Shown here piece after piece: positions 55,001-64,000 of a stretch of DNA of 64,000 nt. Numbering within the stretch: position 1 is the stretch's first letter; each line of letters opens with the position of its first letter. Origin of the DNA: Phoronis australis (taxonomy: Eukaryota; Animalia; Phoronida); assembly GCA_002633005.1 (NCBI GenBank), contig NMRA01000461.1, forward strand, positions 297,411 to 361,410. The letters run 5' to 3'. The position numbers and the translations under genes were made by a program. The notes under the pieces were generated by a model. It was not told where the DNA came from. It saw only the letters and a list, made by a program, of their open reading frames with translations, and did not search any database.

Positions 55001-58000
55001 ACCGGGAACCCCAACTGGGATTTAAGCCACATGTCTTAAGATTGCCGGTCTAGTGTTTTTTCTTCTAAGCCACCGAGGACCCGATATCTGTAGAATTACT
55101 GTTTGCAGGCAACTATTTACAGTCAACTGGTTTGTCACACTTCCCATGAGCGGCAAATCACCTTTTTCACACGCGATATGGCCAACAATATAATCAACAA
55201 TTTACCACTATGTGCTAGTTAGTTATAGGAAAGATATAGACGGTGGGGTAAGACATAGGAATCACAATTGGGAAGCCAAAATTAAGTCTATACTGCCAGT
55301 CTAGTGCTTTTACCACTGGGTTACCGAGGACCCGTTGTTTGCATCATTATTATTTGCAGGCTACTGCTTTATAATACATCCCATGAACGGTGCTAGACTA
55401 GCAATCTAGATACCTAATTTTTCGATTACCAATTGGGTTTCCTGACTTTTCTGTGTCTATTCGTCATGTTTGTTATCATCATCGTTGTAATTAGTCACAC
55501 GCCAAAAAACACGATCTTTATACGGAAAAATTTGTAAAACACTTTCATGATGTCAGCACAGAACCTCAACTTAATGGACTTGTTTCTGTAGGGCGGGACA
55601 CCAACCCTCGGAACAGGCCCTAGCTCCGCCTACAAAGGAAACTATTACGTCTACGCCGAGGCTGATGGTGTTAGCAGAGGAAAAGTGGCCAGGCTGTTGT
55701 TAAACCCCTCTAGTTCTCCCGGTGAGTGGTGTAGTGAAAAATGATATTCTAATGAAAAACTACGACCGTGCTTTTGCGATGCTTTCAGGATTCCCATTCC
55801 ATGTATATTCAAGTCTTCACCGTCCTTGTACAGTAATGCTCGGTAGCTTTGTGTTTGATGCGTCAGGTATACATGGGTCATATACAGAGACTGATTGTAT
55901 CTGTAGGCGAACTATTGTTCACGGGGTTTCTTCTCAATTCTCCATAAAACATAGCATTTTGAGCAGGGTTCATACATGTGTCAATCAGAAAACAACACCA
56001 AGTGTTCTGGCGTTTCTGGTCAGTTCGGAATAGCTTTGTTATAAAAGGTACATGGAATCTGAAGTGATAATTAAAAAACGAAAATTGGTGGCACTCACAT
56101 TTTCTTAAAATGCAGTGTTGACGCAGTTAGCTGACCCCAGAATTTTCGTACGGTGCAAAGAAGCTGTGCTTAAAGACCGAAGCTATGGGAAATTTATTAT
56201 TTTTAATCCCTGTCTAGTTCACAGCTATGTATGTACCAGTCAACAGGTGCAATGATACCACATGCAGATACATGTAAATGTATATCAAAATAATTTTACC
56301 TTGTCAGACACGCATGTTTTGTGAGGTGTAACTTCTCCAGCGAGTCACACACTTCGGTTTCAAATTATCTGAATTAAAAAACCGTTCAGAAAGATCCATG
56401 TGCTGCCAAATTTAAAACTCTACGGAACATCCATGACCTCCATCAACTACGGGTACTAGGAATGGATTCATTACTTTGTGATTGGCCAAAGCTGTTGTTT
56501 GTATACTGTATGCAGTACCATTCACTGCAATTACATGCTGTATGTACCAGTTGAATTCATACAAACATTGCTTTTTACAAACAGTGGGCAGCATAAAACG
56601 TCGTACTTTTATTTAGCCATACAAGAATCACTAAATTCTCATGTAAAAGTACTCATGAAATGCTTTTCTTAAATCTCACGGGCCACTGTTGACATGTATA
56701 TGAAACTGAAATGAGATGCTGATAGCATGTTTCATTTACATATTTACGATGTCCAACCTTTTGTTGGAAACACTGTCCACCATTATCAAGGGTGTTGAAA
56801 AGCTAGACAAGTGTCTCAAATAATCTGGATACCGTGAAAACAGTCTAATGACGGTAGCATCAGTACTTACATAAAATGATCAAAGCTGCAAGTATCACCG
56901 TAGAACGGTATGCTCAGTCTAAGAACCGGTCTCTTATTAGTTAATAGGTTTAATACAGTACAGGCTGCCAATCACACACGCCAGAGGGTGCAGCTCAACA
57001 ATATAAGACCCTTATCTGATGGCCAATCTAAGCTTAGTAACATGGCTATGAAAAATGGGAGGGTTATGATTAATTTCATCCAGTATACACATGTACACGA
57101 TACCGGCCGTTTACACGTAAGGGGACACGTTTTCAGTTTGACGCTATACAGTCAGCCAGCTCAAGATTCAACATTTAGTGTAGACAATCTGCACTCTCTA
57201 ACCAAAACAAATCTTACATCTCTCGAGTCCATAATTTTCTGAAAGATTCAAGTACAAGTATATGAACAGTTGTCAAAATAGACAGATCCGCGTAGTGAAG
57301 ACACAAAATAAACTCGTTTTCGATTTCTCCCCTATCACAGTAGAGAAAGATCTAATTTCTCTAAGTATTACAAAATATCGAACCTGCTCTAAAATTAGTT
57401 AATGATTTGTGCACCAAAAATATGGCAGCCCAGACAAGTGTTGTCTATTGAATGCCCTGCTACGACAGATTGACTACCGAAGGGCACACCTAGTTGTCAT
57501 GCCAACAATGCATACATGTATTTGTAAAGACAGCTTAGTTAGCGGCCAAACATTAACATTATACATGTAAATAGCCCAAATACTTGCCAATTAATGTTAA
57601 TTAATTAAATTATGTGCATTCTTCGGATGGCGTTTCGCCCATTGCCAAAATTCCTGAGAGGCATTGTGGATACAGGACGTACCCCCTGTAAATGAGAAGT
57701 ATTACAGGTATTCCACTTGCTCTGAGAAACATTCCAAGATAAATGAATTTGGGTCAACCAAAACCAGATTATCACGCCCGGGAACTAGCTGGCAAGCTCG
57801 TCGGTTACCTATCAATAGACACGCGTGTCCATAGTTCACTTTGTTATTCTTTCTTCTAATAAAGCTAATGGAAAGCATTTACCGGTAACCGGCTGATGTG
57901 GGCCCAAGGAGCAATATCCATGATACCTGTATTGTTATGTCCAACGAAGACGCAACACAGAAAATGCATGGAAATGTCACATAGGCGTTTACAATGCAAC

Positions 58001-59707
58001 GCGCTAACGCCGCCGCGTGGATTTTGCAAATTAAACACTACATGTACCTAGGGACCTCCGTACTGCGATATTTTGCATAGATGGTAGCTACGTGAAATAA
58101 TGTGATAATCAAATATGCGATATCCGGCTTCCAGTAAAGCAGGTTTGCCACACTGACATACGCATGCAGAACACGTAGTTCTATATGTATAATATAGTCG
58201 ACCCACAGGCATGGTACACTCAAGTCACCGCCTCATACAATGTACAATCGAAAGACTCACGCATTACACTGACAAGGAGTCAGTGCCTAATGATTGTAAA
58301 TTGATGAAAATCATTGCTACAATGTACATGTACATCGGAGTGTTTAGATAAGTGAACTGTGGTTATTGGTCTAAAGTACAAGTTTGACTTCATCTCATCG
58401 ACAATTTAAATAGATTAGTTAATGGTACCATGGACAAAACTAAGCATTGGGAATATGCTGAAGAACTTACGTCCAAATATGTGTTCGGTAAATTGGACAG
58501 AAACTCATGGAAGTTAGATCGAATCAAATATGTTATATTAGTTCGGCATTTTCCATCATACAGAGTGATGTACTGTATGCACAATAACAATTACATTGAA
58601 AGTAAGCGATAAACCAAAGGTATCAAATTGGAAATGCTGTAGTGGGGCGTAGGCACACATAAGGTCTGCCAACCACCTATTGGCCGACTTACGTTGCGTT
58701 ATAGTAAAAATTCAGTGGATTTTCAGAATTCAGTGCTCAAGGTCGTAGGGTCGGCACTTGGTGCCTACTTACAATACATCTAATTTGATCACTACGGCAC
58801 TGCTCGTTTTCTGATCTAGGTTCAAACACTAAAACGAAGAAAACATAGTCCGGTACAAAGTTCAGGAAATACATCGAATTTTTTAACAATGGCAAAAAGT
58901 CATTCAAATCAAAGTTTCAAACGTCATAATTTTAATCCCCAGCACTCTGGCCTTTTACAGGTGGATGTTTCTTTTCTTGAAAAACGCAACACCTAAATAA
59001 CGCACAACTGACTAGAATTAATAAAAAACGAAACCGATTGTTTTTTGGCATTATATATATTAAATTGCTTGCATTTTTTGTTGCTATGATTAAAGAAAAT
59101 TGTAAATTTTGCTGACATGCGTTACCGTTGACAATAAAATGTCAAAGTCAATAGCAAATGTTCATATATTATTTGACGTGCAACCTTGACCTAAGGTACA
59201 GCGACAAAATCGGTATGTCGGCTGTCTTCTTATTTAGTTTCTTAAAACAAATTTGGGTAACAGTTAAGTTTGGGTAAAAATGAACTTTTCACGCGAATAC
59301 TTTAATGTTTGGCACTAATTTCTGAAACTGAGAAGTAGACACAATTGTAAAATTGCTTTTGCAGTGCATGTAAATTATATTACCTTTGATGAAGTCATTC
59401 AGCATCGACAGTATCTAACAAATTTCATTTACATTTCCAACAATATTCTGAACTTAATATGATTAATGCTAATTCTTACTGTTGCTATTGAAGTTAATTC
59501 TATGGTAATTCAACCTTTAATGATACAGGAACGCCATTTACATTGACCTGGGCATACCACATGTACGGGAAAACTATGGGGTCGTTGAGCGTTAGATTGG
59601 TTAACTCCAACGGAGCAATGGAGTCTCCCATCTGGTCAAAAACAGGAAACCAAGGGAATTTCTGGCTCCTTGGCAGCATTCATGTGGACCGAATAGACGT
59701 CAAGCAG
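19284..59707 (+). CDS. Multi-exon astacin-family (M12A) zinc metalloprotease, SP-pro-astacin-EGF-CUB-S/T/P linker-MAM-MAM(partial); 3' end not found in window
   Basis: 20 exons with GT-AG boundaries and compatible phases join to 2541 nt (847 aa) without a stop. Motifs: [19 protein letters not shown] zinc motif, SIMHY Met-turn, CUB (CGG..SPNFP..Y..C; YCG; GF), MAM (CTFD..CGW; TGPS; Y.YAE; HMYG..MG; GDIALD). Confidence 0.93.
19883..20250. mobile_element. Foldback/MITE with ~110-bp imperfect inverted arms
   Basis: 19883-19995 (ttgttactcgaaatggaactcgaaatt...gcgaactcaaaataggtg) is the reverse complement of 20140-20250. Confidence 0.75.
20627..20701 (+). CDS. Astacin exon 2 (prodomain)
   Basis: tttattgtag acceptor; RETAGEDEEHESIVFINGGKTQWIS (I-x-x-IN prodomain-like); GTTTGT donor; phase 0/0. 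Confidence 0.6.
23782..23880 (+). CDS. Astacin exon 3 (prodomain with GDI aspartate-switch motif)
   Basis: cttttgcag acceptor; KTGDKPNIDEMGLDSNAHAGDILGEDFMTEDEQ; GTAGTG donor. Confidence 0.75.
25410..25627 (+). CDS. Astacin exon 4 (activation site and catalytic-domain N-terminus)
   Basis: LISKRKAAW..IWPNAIVPW..AIYHWQNMTCLRF; phase 0/2. Confidence 0.92.
27902..27971 (+). CDS. Astacin exon 5
   Basis: (G)CSSFVGRQYNPQNLNLKEFGCIT; tttttag acceptor, GTGAGT donor. Confidence 0.93.
28295..28486 (+). CDS. Astacin exon 6 (zinc-binding motif and Met-turn)
   Basis: [34 protein letters not shown]...YDLESIMHYGLK; GTAAGT donor. Confidence 0.97.
28995..29121 (+). CDS. Astacin exon 7 (catalytic-domain C-terminus)
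   Basis: AFSKNGQPTI...GNRRGLTFYDAKLANLLYNCK; phase 0/1. Confidence 0.95.
29309..29431 (+). CDS. Astacin exon 8 (EGF-like domain)
   Basis: DCSNTCHNHGYPFKTPNNQCVCKCPVHLSGDCNR, six cysteines; phase 1/1. Confidence 0.9.
34475..36290. repeat. Complex tandem-repeat element (Helitron/Helentron-like non-autonomous)
   Basis: ~430-bp units starting 35331, 35762 and 36191; a ~407-bp-period duplication (34475/34882); repeated ggtcattaggtgca; junction gcgttCTAGttcttattcttattcttc. Confidence 0.65.
36404..36513 (+). CDS. Astacin exon 9 (CUB part 1)
   Basis: DCGGVYDLNAANPTVTIKSPNFPNNYNLNKLCVYVIK; GTATGT donor. Confidence 0.93.
37004..37060. repeat. (GT)n microsatellite
   Basis: Directly visible. Confidence 0.97.
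37921..38045 (+). CDS. Astacin exon 10 (CUB part 2)
   Basis: APDTAGSGIELKFSDFDVTGSSTRCNHFVQI; phase 0/2. Confidence 0.92.
39101..39252 (+). CDS. Astacin exon 11 (CUB part 3)
   Basis: YCGS...NSTEMMVIFNT...NKGFMFTAKF; phase 2/1. Confidence 0.92.
41549..41620 (+). CDS. Astacin exon 12 (S/T/P-rich linker, 72 nt)
   Basis: ASTSSPTTIPPYTTSPTTTRVTAS; aacag acceptor, GTGAAT donor; phase 1/1. Confidence 0.8.
41853..42010. mobile_element. Short hairpin MITE (GGCGGATCTAGG...CCTAAATCCGCC type)
   Basis: ggtggatctaggat ... cctaaatccgccactg; related ends at 18241, 54355-54370 and 54660-54676. Confidence 0.55.
43624..43695 (+). CDS. Astacin exon 13 (S/T/P-rich linker, 72 nt)
   Basis: ESTPAPTTQSSSTTLPPTTTTTPS; GTGAGT donor; phase 1/1. 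Confidence 0.82.
44137..44196 (+). CDS. Astacin exon 14 (S/T/P-rich linker, 60 nt)
   Basis: GSTPSTTSKPPTTTSGPTVP; GTAAGT donor; phase 1/1. Confidence 0.82.
45090..45144. repeat. Perfect 27-bp inverted repeat with 1-nt spacer
   Basis: cgtagttactgaagagcacattgcaat-a-attgcaatgtgctcttcagtaactacg. Confidence 0.95.
45964..46052 (+). CDS. Astacin exon 15 (MAM1 start)
   Basis: DGISCTFDDGHLCGWKQATDDNFDWSPNS; GTAAGT donor. Confidence 0.93.
47627..47750 (+). CDS. Astacin exon 16 (MAM1)
   Basis: GGTYSPDTGPSGGDQGTGYIYAEV...SIAKI; phase-1 donor GTACGG chosen to match the next exon. Confidence 0.82.
48427..48605 (+). CDS. Astacin exon 17 (MAM1)
   Basis: YRFSFKWHMYGGYFMGNLTL...GNHGDVWQ; 179 nt, phase 1/0. 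Confidence 0.92.
49112..49276 (+). CDS. Astacin exon 18 (MAM1 end and MAM2 start)
   Basis: LVIAG...WQGDIALDTF...SCDFENMVLCNGF...DYTW; GTGAGT donor. Confidence 0.92.
51633..51821 (+). pseudogene. Truncated THAP zinc-finger ORF
   Basis: MSAKKTYTCCVPGC...SFYVFP...LREKWINNIRR...FKPT stops before C-x2-H. TEFP and an HCF-binding-type DHSY motif resume after the gap (52315-52500). Confidence 0.85.
52115..52314. other. Assembly gap (200 N)
   Basis: Run of N. Confidence 1.
53565..54855 (+). mobile_element. Non-autonomous Harbinger derivative in intron 18
   Basis: 53570-53815 matches 9478-9715 and 54685-54855 matches 12230-12405; the interior is non-coding and carries small hairpin elements. Confidence 0.8.
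55004..55333 (-). repeat. Two tandem tRNA-derived (SINE-head-like) units, period ~250 bp
   Basis: Minus strand reads GGGTCCTCGGTGGCTTAG.../GGGTCCTCGGTAACCCAGTGGTAA with an A-box-like motif, an anticodon-like stem and a degenerate T arm. Confidence 0.55.
55592..55721 (+). CDS. Astacin exon 19 (MAM2)
   Basis: GGTPTLGTGPSSAYKGNYYVYAEADGVSRGKVARL; phase 0/1. Confidence 0.92.
56400..58580 (-). pseudogene. Decayed coding element (copy 2) nested antisense in astacin intron 19
   Basis: Collinear peptide matches to copy 1: NPFLVPVVDGGHGC vs NTF*VSVVDGGYTC; WPSDKGLILL vs WCQNDGLDLL; VNGR vs VNGR; CGKPALLE vs CGNHVLLE. Confidence 0.65.
59529..59707 (+). CDS. Astacin exon 20 (MAM2)
   Basis: TPFTLTWAYHMYGKTMGSLSVRL...WSKTGNQGNFW; 179 nt, phase 1/0. 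Confidence 0.92.
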
Positions 59708-60500
59708 GTAGGGTTGAAGAAGTACTTCGCAACGCGAGTTTCCATTTCCTATAACGTTTTCTGAACGAATAGTTTGTGGAGCAGAATGGGAATATACTCC
59801 ATTTGATACAAAGTGTTCTAGGTTCATTATTCTATTAATGATTTTTTTTCACTTTATAGGTAAGTGAGATAGATATTAATATTCGTTTCCCATTATTTTG
59901 CTATGGCATTGGATTTAGGAACAATTGATGAATGGAAGGCAAATTTGGGTGGAACGAATGTATTCTCGTTGACATGTAGCGTAATACCAAACAAAAAACG
60001 TACACACCAATAGGGCACGGAAGGTGCTTGAGTACACTTTCACCATGGAAACTCGTAATTTTGTGACCAGACACTACACAAATTACAAAAATGCAATTAT
60101 TTGATTCCAGTGGTTTTATTCCCTACCACGGTTTAAGAATGAAAGTCTCCCAAAATCCCACCACCGGAAACGGACTAAAACTGCATTAAACGTCATTTTC
60201 AAGGTGGCAGTCAAAACGTTTTGAAATTCAAACGCCCAGCTGTAACTTCTTCACTTTTATCATAGTCACATTTTTATTTAAGTCAATTAAACTTTTAATA
60301 ACCCACTGGGACAAAAGACATTCATAATTGATAAGTATGCGACTCGGAATCAAAAACTTTACACTTTGACTAATTCCATAAATGAATTTATGCATTTCAT
60401 GTTGTGATATATTTGATCTTAAATCTTGACTTAACATGACATTCTCCAAGTATCATAGGATATAATTAATTTTCGTTAAGATTTAACAAACAATAAAATT

Positions 60501-61456
60501 GGATTGTTCCAAAACCCCCGACCCCCTGGATTTCACACTTTACGATCCCCTCGACCCACTTCCACTTCAACCCTCGACCCCCGACCCACGAGCCCCTCAA
60601 CCCACGACCCACTACCCATCGAAACAGTCTACACAAGCTCGAATCGATTTCAACTTAATACAGGCGCTGAATTGGAGGACCGATGAATTGGGACGTAAGC
60701 TCGGCTGGCTTTTACTTGTTTTTTGTGCTTTCAGTGTCAGTTCGGAAAATTTGAAACAAAAAAAAATAGCGCGGCCAAATCAAATCAAAAACCTACAAAC
60801 TTTAAAAATGTCGTTCCCGGCTCTTGAGTGAATGGCAGATTCGACCTTTTTGCGGAAAGTGCGAGGAACCTACAGAACTGTAATTTCATGTGTAAATTCA
60901 GTTTGAAAAAAAATAACTAAAAAGATCCAACTATCTATGGAGTATATTATGAACGAGTATATACGTCTCAATGCAAATAATAAAATGTCACATTATGTAC
61001 ATTCTTGTGAACGTACACTCTTGCAAAGTTTAATAGAACTCGGCCGTTGGCAGTTGGTTGTGGAACTATTTCCGTTACAACGACAGCGAACTCAAAATAG
61101 GCAATTTCAGGCCACGTTCAAACGCCTGTTTCTGTTTTTATTCACCAGACTCACGTGGATGTATGTCTTATGACAATGTCACTCAGCGACCTAATAAGAT
61201 TGTGAAATTTGTAAAAAATGCAAAAATACCTGTATTGTCAAATATCGTCGGGCCAAGAGTTCGTGGGTGGACGGGGTTGTGGGTCGAGGGGGTAGATACA
61301 GTGCTGATCGAATCCAACGTCCTATCGAACGCGGCTAGGCCGCGTCCGGATACGGGTTCCAAACCGCGGTTGAGGGGTTGTGGGTCGAAGGGGTCGTGGG
61401 TCGAGGGGGTCGAGGGCCGTTGGGGACGAGGGGTCGAAGGGGTTTTAGAACTATCC
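60501..61456. mobile_element. TIR element with 7-bp subterminal repeats (MULE/Rehavkus-like, non-autonomous)
   Basis: TIRs GGATTGTTCCAAAACCCC / GGGGTTTTAGAACTATCC; CGACCC arrays at left and GGGTCG arrays at right; superfamily is inferred. Confidence 0.75.
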
Positions 61457-61714
61457 TCAATTAGCCGCTGTGCCAATTGCCATGATGACTGCAGTTACAA
61501 CGCGGCAGTCGAAGCATGATCCACACATTTCTACGGTAGTAGTAGCAGTACGCAAGTCTGCGCACGCGGACGGAGACCTGGTGACATGTGCCATGAGGCA
61601 AGACAAGTGTCGAACAACTTGCTCTGCAAAAATATATAAAAACATCGTTTAATACATGTGGTTCAGGCGCAGTGCGCAGCAAAAGACCTAGACGTGCGGT
61701 ATCTGTTTAAATTT

Positions 61715-62020
61715 TCCATGCGCACGCCCAGGGGGTGTTAAGTGGGCAAATAGTTCCGCCCCTGGGAAACGAAAACTACAAAAAGGCGTACAAGACAAGA
61801 CAAAAGTCCACTAGAAAGGTAGGAGCATCCAAAATTCGGCAAACGCAGATTTCATTGCTCTGAAGGTGCCCCGCAAATCTTAGTAAAAAACCCACATTTA
61901 AAAAATTCGAGCCCCCGCCCCCATTTTAGGCTGGGTGCGCGCAGGATTTCAACTAGCCTTTTTCAAGAACGACCGAAGATAGGAGAACTTTTCAAGACAG
62001 CCAATTTCCTACAAACCTTA
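61715..62020 (+). mobile_element. MITE-like element with CATGCGCRCRCCCAG-type termini; inverted relative at ~36690-36960
   Basis: cattttaggctgggtgc and agacaaaagtccac occur reverse-complemented at 36700-36740 and 36845-36860; related ends at 54121-54270. Confidence 0.6.
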
Positions 62021-62654
62021 TAAGCCCTATGTGTGTTTAAATTTCAGTACATAGGCACCTGAGACTGAGACATTTTGTAAGCTAGTTTTCCGTCAATTCA
62101 AAATGCAAAAAAATGAAAACCTAAGACAATTGACATTTGCGCATGTGCGTATAATGATGTAATTGAGTTTAATACCATTGTGCTCGTTACCAGCAAATTT
62201 TACTGGAGAGTCGACTCAAAATGTGACCAATTGCCTGGCGTGTGTTTCGGGTAATTTTTCTAAATTCACAATATGTGTACAGTCAATTTTTAGGAGTTGA
62301 GTCTCAAGTTGCATGTGGTCACAAGGTTTAACTTTTGGATTGGAAAATATATCTAACAGGTGTGACACTGTGGCATCTAAGTCTATTTAAATCTCTCTTT
62401 CAAGACAGTGACATCTCGACACTGCCTAGGTTACATGTATGGCAAATTCTGTCACTCCTGGCAACAGCCTAGTGTTTACCTAGGTCAATGGTAAGTGTAT
62501 TAGCCGAGCATCAGATCTGAGCGAGACAACTTCGCAGATGGACTCTCAAATAGGACCAGTATTATTCTCACATCAACTCTCCTTTAATTATACTCGAAAA
62601 AGTCATATCTATTGCAATTGTAAATTGATGCATACCATTCCTGCTTTCCATAGT

Positions 62655-62920
62655 GATGTATGTATGTAAGTATGTATGTATTGCAGTTAATGTATTTATA
62701 CATTTTTAATGTATGTATGTATGTATGTATGCATGTATGTATGTATGTTTGTATCTATGTATGTATCTATGTATGTATGTATGTATGTATGTATGTATGT
62801 ATGTATGCATGCATGCATGCATGCATGCATGCATGCATGCATGTATGTATGAATGAATGAATGTATGTATGCGTTTTTGTATCTATGTATGCATGTTTGT
62901 TTATTGATATGTATGTGTAG
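62655..62920. repeat. Compound (ATGT)n/(ATGC)n/(ATGA)n tetranucleotide microsatellite
   Basis: Directly visible. Confidence 0.95.
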
Positions 62921-64000
62921 GCCAATTAATGGCCTCTAATTTGAGACAGATTGGTTCAGAAGGGGTGTAAAAGGACATGAGCGCATTGAGAGTCCCTCTT
63001 TAAATAAAAGAGGCGAGGTTAAGATTCGATTTGTCACACGTATGTGATGGTGTTCTGACGTCAATGCCACATAGTCTGGCCAAAACGCCACCAATTGGCA
63101 AGAATAACGATAACGTCACAAGCCAAGCTTTGGTCCGTGAGATGCGGACGTAACGTCACTAATTTTTGTAAGTATTAGACTCAAACTTGATCTTTGAAGA
63201 GTTAAAGATATAGATGTAGTAAAAGGTTCAGTTGAGGTGCAGTTGAAGAATCAGCAGTAGCCATTTGCAGAGACTGGCATTTATTGAATCAACGAGTGTA
63301 TCAGTTGGTGGAGGTGACTGAGCCGTGGCTTCGCAGCAGTGGCTGCAGCATAGAACAGACATTACGTAGGACGTTTTGTTCTACTAGACGTGCGTATATA
63401 CGGTCAAAATTACCCAGTCTTCTGTCTTTCAAAGCCCCGAAAGCTATTAACACCAGTCAGTGACAACCTGCGCCCCGTTGTCCGCGAGACAACGTGCATT
63501 TTGAAACCAATATTTCCGAGCAGTTTAACTAATAGATTCATTGCTTAGGAGTTGTGCATACTTGAAGTCGGTTTCAAACCAATTCAGGTGATAAAGACAC
63601 CAACATTCATCACACTATTCCAAATCAATATCAACACGTTCTCCGGCCTTTATCTGAATTCAGTGACATCACGTAAAACCATACAGCCTTAAAGGCGAAG
63701 GCAATCTTTTTACATGTCTTTTTTAGCAAAAATAAGGTTCGTTGGTTATCCCAGACACATTTTCCACTTAATTAAAGCTGTTCGTAATTTAATTAATTAT
63801 TCGTTGTCTACTCCGGAAGTGACGTTTTGGGAGGCAAAAATTTCCCGCCTATTTCTTTTCGTGTAGTCTGACTGTGAGAGTTGCCGAGTCAGTCATTGCT
63901 CTATCTCGATTTTGATAAGCTCGGTCATCGTGTGATTTTGTTTACGAGTCAGTCAGCATGCCACACTGTTGCTACGTACCGGGATGTACTCATTATCGTC

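Noticed and set aside
60499-61682. Pro/Gly-rich ORFs up to 153 aa
   Set aside because: They read through the 7-bp subterminal repeats of a non-coding TIR element.
62405-62490. Exon-like segment (aag acceptor, GTAAGT donor) as candidate exon 21
   Set aside because: The translation lacks the GDIA-x-D MAM C-terminal motif required after exon 20; the true next exon is probably outside the window.
1-64000. CRISPR arrays, rRNA, intact tRNA, prokaryotic operons
   Set aside because: The sequence is spliced eukaryotic DNA; I saw no repeat-spacer array, rRNA signature or canonical cloverleaf with intact boxes.

Overview
AT-rich, intron-rich eukaryotic genomic DNA with GT-AG spliceosomal introns. The gene content and repeat types suggest a marine invertebrate; the taxon is inferred only. 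The main feature is a + strand secreted astacin (M12A) metalloprotease gene. I assembled it by hand into 20 phase-compatible exons (19284-59707, 847 codons): signal peptide, prodomain, astacin, EGF, CUB, Ser/Thr/Pro linker, MAM and a second MAM whose end I could not find in the window. Upstream are a stop-riddled pseudo-exon copy of exon 20 (a decayed paralog) and a decayed autonomous PIF/Harbinger transposon (Myb/SANT gene plus transposase). The introns hold a Harbinger derivative, a THAP-encoding ISL2EU-like element with TIRs and an AT TSD, several MITE/foldback elements, tRNA-like SINE heads and microsatellites. The most unusual observation is a decayed multi-exon coding element I cannot assign to any family. 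It has 44-47-nt mini-introns and head-to-head genes, and occurs as two clearly homologous copies plus a possible third. The two clear copies sit antisense in the equivalent intron of the two astacin paralogs. The palindrome TACATGTA is also strongly over-represented.
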